From the NCBI RefSeq assembly GCF_003704095.1, contig NW_020847208.1:248001-312000 (forward strand): DNA of 64,000 bases. Direction: 5' to 3'. Shown piece by piece: positions 48,401-60,400 of the stretch. The notes below the pieces were generated by a model. It did not search any database. It saw only the letters and a program-made list of their open reading frames with translations, and had not been told where the DNA came from. The translations under genes were made by a program, and so were the position numbers. This DNA comes from Pocillopora damicornis. Its lineage: Eukaryota. Position 1 is the stretch's first letter, and every line of letters begins with the position of its first letter.

Positions 48401-51400
48401 TCTCCTGCATCTTCAGTACTAAATGTTGTCTCATACACAGATTTGACTGACATCACTGATGGCGTATGTAAAATAGTACCAAAAGGTATACGAAACGAAA
48501 AAAATTCAAATTCCTTATCCAGTTCTCATATTTGTTACAAATTCCCATCTCTCCCCAAACTTGATGAATCAGTTATCTTTATCACAGACAGTTATTGACT
48601 CTTGCGTTTTCAATTTCTAATCTATTATTTCAGATGGTGGTTCGAATATAGCAGGAATTACACCCAAGCCCACAGGAAAGGGTTTGTAAAGTCTTATCTA
48701 CTAGGAATGTGGAGCCTGGTAGTGCCTGTGATAACGTCCATTTCATTTTCGATATAGGAATTTCTTCATAACTTCTCTTTTCCTTACCATGTGATTAGTC
48801 TCGAATACATTAGCAGCAAACAGTGGATATGAGATACTAGAACGAAAATTGGATAGTTATTTCAATGATTATGTGGAAAATGAGCAATTACTCCTATACT
48901 GTTAAAAGTCAATCAGGAGGTAGCCTGCATGACAGTTAATAATCACTTTGCCAAGAAATAGAAGTTTGGAACTTCTAATCGTCTTTTTCTCACCTAGAAT
49001 GCAACACCAAGTTATACCTGGGGTTCTTACTCGATGGTTCCGGAAGCATAAACAAGTATGACCCTGGCAACTATAAAAAATGCCTGGGATTTGTGAAAGG
49101 CCTCGCAAAAGCTTTTCCCAATTCGAAAATTGGAGCTATCGTTTTCTCATATCAAAGTGAACTGCAATTCGACTTCCATCAATACACAAATCCAGCCGAT
49201 GTTCAGACGGCGATCGATGGCTTCAAGTACCCTGGACATTCGACGTACACCGGGAAAGGATTAAAAATGGCGAAGGAGAGACTATTTAAGGGTGTCACAA
49301 AAGGAATTCCGCGCGTTCTAATTGTTATAACAGATGGAAAGTCACATGATGATGTTATCATTCCTTCGGAGGAACTTAAACAGTCTGGTGTGATTGTTTT
49401 ATCTGTTGGAGTGGGAAAACGCTTTAACAAAGCAGAATTGTACATTATAGCAAGCAACCCAAAAGAAAAGCATGTGTTTACCGTAGATTTCTCTCAAATG
49501 TCGAATATTATTACGGCCATACAGCAATTAGCGTGTAAAGGTAAGTACAAATTGTTTCGTTACTAAATATTTATCATAAAACTTAGAAGTGTACCGATCG
49601 ACTTTATGGTTTCTGAAGCACTGTCTTTGCATCGCTACGTATCTAAGGGAGGCACTTGTGTAGTTTCGTTTCTTGAATTTAAGTCCAGTGAAAAATACCT
49701 GAGTAAACCTAGTGATATTATTAGAGAGTAATATCATTTTCGACGAACTCGCCCTGTGCAAATCTATTTATAACAAGAAACGTACGAAGAGTTTTACTTA
49801 TCTATTTCCCATCAGCATTGGCAGATAACTGGACTCTAACTCAGTAATGCAACCCCTATTCTTCCAGTAAATCATCTGGCTAGGTGCCACTACCAGTGGT
49901 AATTTTTTAATTCTTTTTCTCTTTAAAGCTGCTGTTACAGCCATCGAAGAAGGAACGAGTGAGTTTCACGTATTTGATCATCTGTAGCCGAGATATTGTT
50001 GTTGGTGGTCTGGTTTTTTTTTTTTCTCGTAGTCGTTCCACCTTTTGTTTATCGTAGCATTCGCTAAGAATTTCTACTTCCTAAATTTTTTTATGGGTTT
50101 GAATTCTATAGAATGAATAAGCTATAACAGTCTTTAAATGAGATGTAAATACCGATTTGGCTGAGTAACTTTTAATCAAACAAAAAGTGTGTGTTATAAA
50201 ATCGTTATTTGGAGTAAGTTTCTCTATTGCATTAAATCGTTACTTCTTTTTTTTCTTCATTTTAATTTCTCCATTTTTTCACTTTTCTTAGCCGACGGAG
50301 TGGATCAGTCAGGAGGTAAGAAATCTTTTACACTCTGAAAGTGTCTTCTTTTCTCTATGAAAATTGGTTCGATTAGTAAAATTCTCTTGAACTGTCCGTT
50401 TGGAATGAATTTTGAAGGGGTTAAAGCTACAGAATCTTTTGTCGGTAAAGCTTAGCAATGTAAAACACATTTTTACAATTGTCATCGTTTCGGTAGGTAA
50501 ATGTCTTGCGGATTCCTGTTACATGTTCACTAAGTCGGGCAAAACCTTCACTGAAAACCAAAACAGTTGCCAAGACAAAGGAGGGGACTTAGTTTCGATG
50601 GAAACAGAAGAGGAATGGACATTCATAAACAGTCAGATCCAGGCCTTAACTCTTGCTGGCGGTGTAAATGCATGGCAGATTGGTTTGCGAAAAACAGGCC
50701 AGAACTGGGCGTGGGTTAGTGGGAAGCCACTAACCATCCAAAAATGGCAACTGAACCAGCCTTCTGGTGATGGAGCCGTAGTTGTGATATCAAAGGACAA
50801 GCAAGGACTCTTTGATGATGTTGCAGACGAAAGTGCAAATGCTTATATATGCGAAATACCTAAAGGTAAAAAAAAGCTTTATCCATAAAATAACTAAGTA
50901 TGATTCTTCTATTATGAAGAAATTATTTCATTTTATTTTAACATCAAAGATACGTGTGCACATAGCATTTTTGATCCGCTCGATGATATAAAGTAGCCAA
51001 TTTGCATATGGAATATGAATAACTATATCTACGCATTGTGGGGAAAAACAGAAAAAAATTCTTATATAATGAATTGAAAATTTACGTTCTTAGTGTCATC
51101 GGGAGCTAGTTGTAATGATCGGCCATCGTTTTCAAATCCCATACGGTGCTTTTTTTTCTAAATTAATTTGAGTTCCATCGTTCACTATTTTCATTTTAAA
51201 AGCTGTACCCACCAGTGTCATCGTAAGCCCAGGGATAACACGTGCAGGTCTGGCCATTGATTTTCTTTGCTTATTTGATTGTTTGTTTTGATTGTTTGTG
51301 TTTTTGTGTTTTTGTTTTTACATCTACGGTTCGCTATAGACCATTCGTGCAATATGCTCATTGTTTGTATATCCGTATGTAGGTGGATGTGATCTTGCCA

Positions 51401-54400
51401 TTTTAGTGGATACGTCTAAGAATATCGATGAAAATGATCTCCAGGATTTGTTAAATTTCGTCACGGCTGTGTTCCATTCATTTACCCTCGGTAATGATGT
51501 CAGATACGGATTGGCTACTTTCGGTGGCAGTGTTGAGGTATTTCATGGCAACGTGTTCTCGCTTATCTTTATTGTTCCGCCATCCTTTTGGTTGCTTAAG
51601 GATCCTCTTTATGCTTCTTTATCTTTACACTCTTCTAACCAAAGTTATTTAAGCCAACGTATGTCTAAACTTTTTTCTAGTTATAAACGGATTGCTTCTC
51701 AAAATAAACACTAATTTATCTCCTTGTGTCTCGTTTAGATTGTCTTTGGTTTCAATCAGTTTTCCTCTATCGACGACGTTGATAAGGCAGTCTCTGGCGT
51801 CAAGCGCAAGAGTGGCAACTGCAATGCTGGTGTTGCTCTTCGAGAATGCAAGACGTCACTGTTCGTTGGTGACGCCGGGGGAAGGAAGCGAGTCCTCCTC
51901 GTCCTCTTGGCAGGAAAGTCTGATGGTGACTTCTCCATAGCCGTTTCATCGCTTGCAACAGCTGGAGTCAAGATCATTGCTATTGGTATTGGCAGCTCAT
52001 TCGATCGGTCACAGCTTTTAGCTTTAGCATCTTCTTCGTCCTCTGCTCAAAGTGTAGGCACATTTGGCGGTTTGGCATTTACCGTTGGAAGTTTCACAAG
52101 TCTCATAACGCAAGGTGATTATAACTGTGCTTTCGAGCTCTTAATTGGCTTTGAATAAACTACTGAATTAAAAATGACATGGCAAAGATTTTAACTATTT
52201 GTACCACTTAACCGTAGCTGGAGGAATTAGTCCAAGCGGAACCACATCTGTCCCGAAAGGTAGGGTTACTTTTATTAATTTTGTCTGACCTTTTTATATC
52301 TGCATGGAAAGCGAGGAATTTGAATGAACGTATTAATTGGTAATTAGAGAGACAAATAGCTAGGTTTTTAAACTCGCGGGTAGAGTGTAATAAAACGAAA
52401 CAAAAGCAAAAATAATAACTTTCGAGGACTTTTTTTCTTACTTCCGCCCTAACACGTTACTGAGCTAAGGCGATATTTTCTGTGGAAGAAAGGGCGCAAG
52501 ATCTCGTCCAGTAAAAATCAGCTAGTTTATGCCTCACCGCTTATATTACATATCGATATTTTTTTCCACGACTGTGATTAAATGTCGCGAGAACAACAGG
52601 CATTTCCCCCGATTTCCCCGAACTCTAGGTTTAGGAGGTCAAAGATGACATGCCCACCCTATACAAATATTGCATTACTAATAAACCGATATTAAGTGAT
52701 CAAACCTACGTTTATAGATGGCTTCGACCTAGCGTTCATGGTGGATGCTTCGTCAAGTGTTGGATCCTTCGATCTGTCCAAAAATTTTGTCACTAGGATC
52801 ATTCAGTCTACTGGTCAAGTAAAGGGTGTGCGGTATGGACTTGTTCTATTTGGGGACAGTATCAAGGTAAAACAGGCATTAATTATTCTTCCTGTGTATC
52901 TTATCATTTTGAATTACGGTTCATACGCTTAATTCCTTTTATTTTCTTTTAATATTCTTATATGTTGCTTACGTTTATCACAAACTAATCAGAGCAGCTA
53001 TTGACGGTATTATTAATGCCCGTAGTCCCATTTTGCTACAAAGAGCTTAACCCCTATAAAAACTTTGCTTCATCTTAGGTTGTCTTTGGATTTAACCAGT
53101 ATACCTCCATGTCGGACGTTACCTCAACAGTTGGCAATGTCGAGCAAATATATGGTGATTGCAACGTTGCCGAGGCTCTTTATCAGTGCAGTTCAAAGCT
53201 ATTTACTGCAGAAGCAGTGAGCAGGAGACGGGTTCTAGTAGTGCTTCTCGCAGGAACTCCCGTTCAAGACATTTCAAACGCAGTTTCATCCCTAAAAGCA
53301 ACCGGAGTTCGGATAATATTGGTCAGGATAGGTGCTCCTAATGCACAGCTGACAGCAATGGTGTCCTCTTCGTCTCTGGCTAATGTCCTAGGTAGTGCTG
53401 GGGACTTAACAGGTGTCGTCCCTATTGTGACGTCCCAAGTGTTCAAAGGTAATCATTAAAAAAATCTAAAATCTACTTTCATGAGTTGGTTAACTCATTT
53501 GCAAAGCTGGATTTCAACTCCTTTTCCAAAGCCTCTAAGTCGAGACTTTTATCGAGTCTCTCATTTGTTCCTAGCGATGCCAGAAGGCATTTGAGACTCA
53601 GTGAAGTTTTGAAGACAGAGAAAGTTATCATAATGTTAAGATAAAACTTGGTATCTTTCAGGCCTGATAGACTTTGAAATACTTTTCAACTTGAAACCTC
53701 AGTGTGTTCGAAAGTGTTCAAAACAAACAACAGGCAAACAACAAACAATAATTTCCATTAATTGAAAGCTTTTAAAATAGCTAGGAATACGTAAGTTTAA
53801 AAACTATTAAAAGTGTGGTTTTGGGTTTTAACCTTTTCGTTCGTATGAAAGTAATGCTTACTTTTGGCTGGTATCAGTTTCCCTGTACGAAAATGATGGA
53901 ATTTGGTGTTGTATTGACATAAAAATTCAATTTCTTCTCATCAACCTTTCGCTTTCAGGATACTCATTTGATATATTAGGGAGAAGGTACATGTTCATCA
54001 AGGAGTTTAAGGGTTCATGAAAACAAACAATGTGATTTAATTTATCGATAATGTAGTGTTCAGTCCACTACATTTGTTAAGGGTCCTAAACTAACGAAAC
54101 CTCTCTTCTAATCACAGGGATTATCTTTCGTCGATTACAACTCTTGGTGTTAGTGCCTCAACCCCTATCTTCATTTTATAAATTCATCTGTTTGTTTGTT
54201 GTTGTTGTTGTCTTTTTTGTCTTTTGTTTATTTTTATTTTTTCATTGTCTTTTGCAAGTTGTCGGTATCAGTCCCTCAAGAATAACACAACCACAAACGC
54301 CAGGTTTGCAATCTCCTTGTTGATGTATGCTTTTTCTTTTGCTTTACGTCGACTTTGTTATTTTTGCTGTTATCTTCTCTCGAATAGATCGCTTTTACAT

Positions 54401-57400
54401 CCACCTGCAATACGAGATTGGTTACACATTAAATGGTGTTTTCCGTGAAATTCAGAGTATCTTGTTATCTATTTGCGTGTGTCTGTTTAATTTAGGTTCA
54501 AAGTGCAATACGCAAGTGGACCTTGGATTCTTGATAGACGGTTCCGGAAGCATAAATAAGTACGAACCAGGCAATTTCAAACGGTGTTTGAAGTTCGTAA
54601 AGGAAATTATAGGTGCCTTCGTCATTTCTCCCACGGCTTCAAGAGTTGGAGCGATTGTATTTTCATACCATAGCAAACTCCAGTTCGGTTTTAGCCAGTT
54701 CAAGACTAACCAGGAAGTAGAAGAAGCGGTTGACCGTATAGAGTACCCTAACCATTCAACGTACGCCGGCAAAGGTCTCAAAATGGCGGCTGAAAAACTC
54801 TTTAACGAGCCTAGAAATGGTGTTCCCCGTGTGCTTATTGTAATAACTGACGGAAGATCCAGAGATGGCCTTATACAACCTTCAGAAGAACTTAAAAGGT
54901 CTGGGGTAATAATAATATCGGTTGGAATCGGCAAGCGCTATGACAAAGCTCAACTTAACGTCATGGCAAGTAACCCGAAAGAGAAGCACGTTTTTACTGC
55001 TGAATTTTCCCAAATGTCGAATGTAGTCAACGCCTTACAGCAATCGTCATGCGAAGGTAGGCTGTGGAAGTACTCTGAAAGCTCTGATGATAAGACAAAA
55101 TGTTCACGACATATTCCCGCCAGTTGTAAAAGGTTCTAGTTGTATCGAATTTTATTCACACACTTCAGTATTACTGTAGTTAAGAACATTTTTTACAATA
55201 ACTTACGACACTATCCTACGCCTAGTGGTCGTGAGCCATAACAAATAAAAATATATACAATGAAAATTACATCATATCGCGTTAAATAGGCGTGGAAATA
55301 ACGTTCTCTCCCCTATCGATGAATAAAAATTGATTACATCTTGTATTTCTTTCACAAGTAGGCCTTTATCGGCATGGACCTGTTAAATTAATTTTAAGCT
55401 ACGTTCTGTATCCTGGTTATGTGAGATTCATTCATCTAATCGAATTTTTGTAATAGTCTCACATAAACACTTTTTTTTTTGTGAAATTAAGCTTTTAAAC
55501 GATTTTAAGTTTGCTAAATAATTTGGTTATTTTTGTACTATCTGCCATTTTTTTTCTGAATCACTCAACCTTACGTCTCACCTTTACTTATGTGACATAA
55601 CTAGTGTGCAATATTAGGTTTATCGTGACAGTATTTCTTTCATTTTGCCTTTAGCTGCCTCTACGGCTGTTGCAGAAGGAACGAGTGAGTGACACGTTTG
55701 ATAAATGACTTCGCTTTCTTTTGTCTATGCTATATCTGCTTTGTTGTAGCTGTTTTTTATGTGCTTGAAATTCGTTGTTCGAGTCCCCCTTATTTACATC
55801 AGCTTCAATCCCTCTCATTCATACACACTTTGATGCTGTTGCAGTTGTCATTTCAAAGGATCTTTCATCCTTTTGCTTTTTCATGACAGATTCAGTCCGC
55901 ATATATGATAATTTTACGTTTGATGTTACTTAAATATGTGTTAGCTTTGCGTTTGATCTCACTTTGGTATGCTTTTTTTGGCTTCTCAGCGGATGTTGTA
56001 GACTCTTCAGGTAAGTACATGGGACTTAGTGACCTAGTGTAAATTTTCTTAATCTAGATTTTTTCATTTACACATCAGAAATTAGGGCTTATTGTACCAG
56101 TTAGCTCAGTCACACCAGCTTTATCCTCTCTCGCTTTCCCTCTCAAATAAATAACTAAATGAGTGCATTCTTTGATCTTCTGGTGAGACGACAATTGTGC
56201 AATTCAAGGATTTTCTGCGCTGCTGAATACGGACAGGGATGCAAATTTTAATAAGTCCTTAGCCGACACTGATAAAAGTTTGAATCCGTAAAATCTGTAT
56301 AAATGAGACCATTCATTAGGCGAAATGGACAAAATTAAATTTCTCAACTTTCAAGTGACGCAAATCCATGTTTTAAGGAGACTTTTGTAATTCAGTGGGT
56401 GTCCGCCCAATAGACTCCATTCTAAATCTGCAGACTGTCTGTCTGTCTGTCCGTCTTTCCGGACGTCGGTCTGTCGACGTTTCCTACCGTCTGTCTAACA
56501 GCTTTTTCGTCCATCTGTACGTTTGTTGACTAACCTTGAATAACATTCCTTTGATTAGGGGTCGGGGATAACTGCTTTGCAGATTCCTGCTACATGTTTA
56601 CCAAAGCGGGGAAAACATGGCCTGAAAACCAAGACAGCTGCACAGACAAGGGGGGTCACCTGGTTTCTATCGAGACCGAGGAGGAATGGAAATTCCTCAG
56701 TGGAAAGATCAAAACACTCTCCCCTCCCGGTGTCCATGAGTGGCACATAGGATTAAGAAATGGAGGTCAGCAATGGATTTGGGCTAATGGAAAACCTCTC
56801 ACAATTGGAAAATGGCAAACAAACGAGCCTTCTGGAGACGGGAAGGTCGTGGTGATGTCAAAGGCTACAGGACTGTTTTCGGATGTTCCAGATAACAGCA
56901 GGAAAGCCTACATTTGTGAAATACCTCTAGGTAAGAAAACTAACCTACAGCTAAACCCAAAATCCCTCAAAGAATAATGAATTACGCTGATAACTTGAAA
57001 AAAAAAACATCAGAAAGATTCGAAGAGAAGTCAATGGCGTGACATAATTACTCCAACATTATATACAATAAAAAAACATCGGGTCGAGTGTTTGTTACAT
57101 TTAGCGATTCTTCTGTGTCTAGATAGTCGGTATTCTTCTATATTGTCAGTACTCTTTGCATAACAAGTTTGCATTGAATGCTGTGATACATATGGCATAA
57201 CGAGCCCCCCACCTCCGTTACCCCGAACTGAACTGTCCCCTATTGTAATTCTGGCTGTTTGTTCCCATGACATTCCACTTTGTGAAACGGTTCAATCGGT
57301 TCTCTTGTATTCCTCAGCTGCTGATATTAACAACAGCAAAGGAACAGGTCAGTGACTTACAACTATAATAGCAAGACAGGTTTAAAAGCTATAGACTAGT

Positions 57401-60400
57401 AGATCACATTATGTGTTAAAGAATCTCACAGAATGTTTATAAGAGACGAAAAAAGCAGCTTAAAAGAATGTTAACTTTTTTTTAATGCTGGACACGATAT
57501 TTTCGGGAGATTATTGAATACGAATTAATTGAATTTGGATTGGATTGTATCCCCCTTTCCACTCCTTAAGCCTCTCTTTGCCACAATAAGTAAACATTGC
57601 GTGTGGAGGTCGACATGAAAACCCGTGTCACACTGTTTGACACAATGTGACCTCCCCTCCCCTTTAAAAAATCCTGGCTACACCCCTGAAAGGGTGTACA
57701 ATAAACGAAAGAGGGATTGCGGAACTACTTGCCATGTATAATTAAAATAAATTTATCTCGAAAATTTCTTTCTGTAGTTGGTTGTGACCTGGCCATCATG
57801 GTAGATGCTTCATCCGGTCTGGGTGGAAAAGAAAATGCCAAACTTCTGTTTAACTTTGTGACGGCTGTGTTTCACTCGTTTGATATCAGCAGTGGAGAAA
57901 CACGATATGCATTAGTACGCTTTGGTAAAACTACTGAGGTATGGATAAAATCTAACTTTGTCTTCTTTTAATGAAGTTTATAACGTTTGCCTCCTGATAT
58001 GATTATTACGAACCGTTGGAAAAGATCAAGCACGAATGGAAATGAACGATTTAACGTCCACGCAGTTAGGTATTCGAGTACACGTACCTTCTTTGCTGGG
58101 ATCAACTATAATAATTATCTTCTTATATTTTTTGGAGAATCAGATAGCTAACCTATAGACCTCGCTACCATAGCAATAATAAAATAAACCTTTCAAAATA
58201 AATCTTTACAATTTTTTTCTTTTTGTGTTTTGTGTTGCAAAATTTAAGCAGATTAAAAAAATTAAATTTCGCTTTTTATTTAATTTTCACGGATAAAAAT
58301 TTCGCTGGTGATGAAGGAAACGCCTCCCAAACTTTACATTTTAATTTAGGGAATATGAAAATTATGGTGGAACGCCATCGAACACCAATCTACGCAGCTA
58401 AGAAATCAATAATGGCGTAATATTTATTGTTCCATTTATACCAAAAAGACTGAAGACTGAAATATAAAAATTGATAGTCCTTATTCCTGATAAACTAGTA
58501 AATTTTTTTTTCTACTTCATTAGGGAACGAAGACGGTTTCTAACAGCCTTCTATACGATATGTTCTCTAGGTTGTATTTGGGTTTGATAGGTACAAAACT
58601 ATCGATGATATTGACGAGGAGGTTGCCACTACATCCTTAGCTGAACTTGGCAGCTGTGATGCTGATGCAGCTCTACAGGAATGCAAAAGGGCACTATTTG
58701 TTGGTGCCGCTGGAGGAAGAACACGTATCCTGCTTGTACTCATGGCAGGAAAGTCTGCAGATGGCGTCACGAACGGTGCTGGATCATTGGCATCTGGCGG
58801 AGTCAAAATAATCACCGTTGGAATTGGTGGTCTTTTTGATGGTTCGCAGCTTTCAACAATGGCAACGTTGCCTTCTTATAAATTGAGCTCCATATCATTT
58901 ATAAAACTTCTTAGTATATCTAGGAGCACATCTTCTCTCATATCCCAAGGTACGTACATCTTTTTTGCAACCCCCATTCCAGTTCTTGGAACGTCACTTT
59001 TTAATTCTGAGGAACACAAGCGCTTTCCAAATTTTGATACGGGGAGGCCTGACCAACGTCTTACCCCAATGCATAGCACTTTTATCCGAAAAAAAAGAAA
59101 CCCTGCCGTAAAACTTCCAATTGAAAAAAGAAACTCATTTCAATAAATATGTCATTACGAACGCTGTAGATCATTGGAGACCCTCTCATATACCTGGCTG
59201 ACAGATCTCTTACCTCAGCATTATCATACTTTCACCCATGAAACGCCATTTAGTACTGTCTGAAAAAGGATCATCAGCAGGTGCCCCACTCCCTTCGATC
59301 ACGTTTTCTCGCTGATAGCAAACTGTTGGAAGGAGCTATAAACTCCACAAAAAACAGCTAGCCATCGCAGAATACTTTAATCAAGTAGTAATGTATATTT
59401 TTCTTGCTACGTTTTGTTATGCTTGATTGTAGCTGGTGGTATAAACGTTGTTGGAAACATGGACACATCAGAAGGTAGGGTGTACCCTCCATATCCTGTT
59501 CTTATTTTCTATTCATTTCACGATGCATTATGACATTTGCACTAATCTGAAATCTATTTCAAGGTGGCTGTGACTTGGCGTTTATGGTGGATGTTTCATC
59601 GAGCATAACGAGCCAAGACTTGAACCTTGCACTGAACTTTATCTCCAAAGTTTTTCATTCGTTTACTCTCGGTAACGGCGTGCGATATGGACTTCTAGTT
59701 TTCGGGGAAAGCGCAAAGGTACGTTCAAGACTGCTTGTCTCCTTACAACGCAGTTATTCCAGTTACTAATGATTAGCGGAGAAAACAAATTAAAAAATCA
59801 TTTAAAATTATTGAAGTTTCGTACATTTTCTTACAGCTGGTGTTTGGATTCAGTCAGTATAGTTCTCTGGCACAAGTGGATTCAGCAGTCGCAAGTGTAG
59901 AGATGATAAATGGCAACTGTAATGCAGAGGATGCCTTTGATCAGTGTGGTACAGAGCTGTTTTCTGGTGACAACTCTGGCAGATCTCGTGTTCTGGTTGT
60001 GCTCATGGCAGGGAAATCAGCTCAAAATGTATCACGTTCTGCTGGGTCATTGAAAACAGCCGGAGTGAAAATTATTGCTATCGGGATGGGTGGTTCAGTT
60101 GACAAGTCGGAATTGTCAACCATGGCATTTTCGTCTTCCAACGTCAAGACTGTTGCTTCATTCGCTGGTCTAGGACAGCTTGATAAAGTTGTGTCTCCCC
60201 TTGTGTCACAAGGTATCAAGTTAAAGTTTTGGTTCTCTCTTTGATTACAATTGATTTTCAAAATATACGTATACTTTTATGGCTGATATTTGTTATCTTT
60301 TGCAGCTGGTACCATCAAAGGCAATGGAACCGCTCTGGCAGCAGGAGGATCAGGTTTGTAACATTCTTGATATTACAATCGCCAAAGCATTTACCATATT

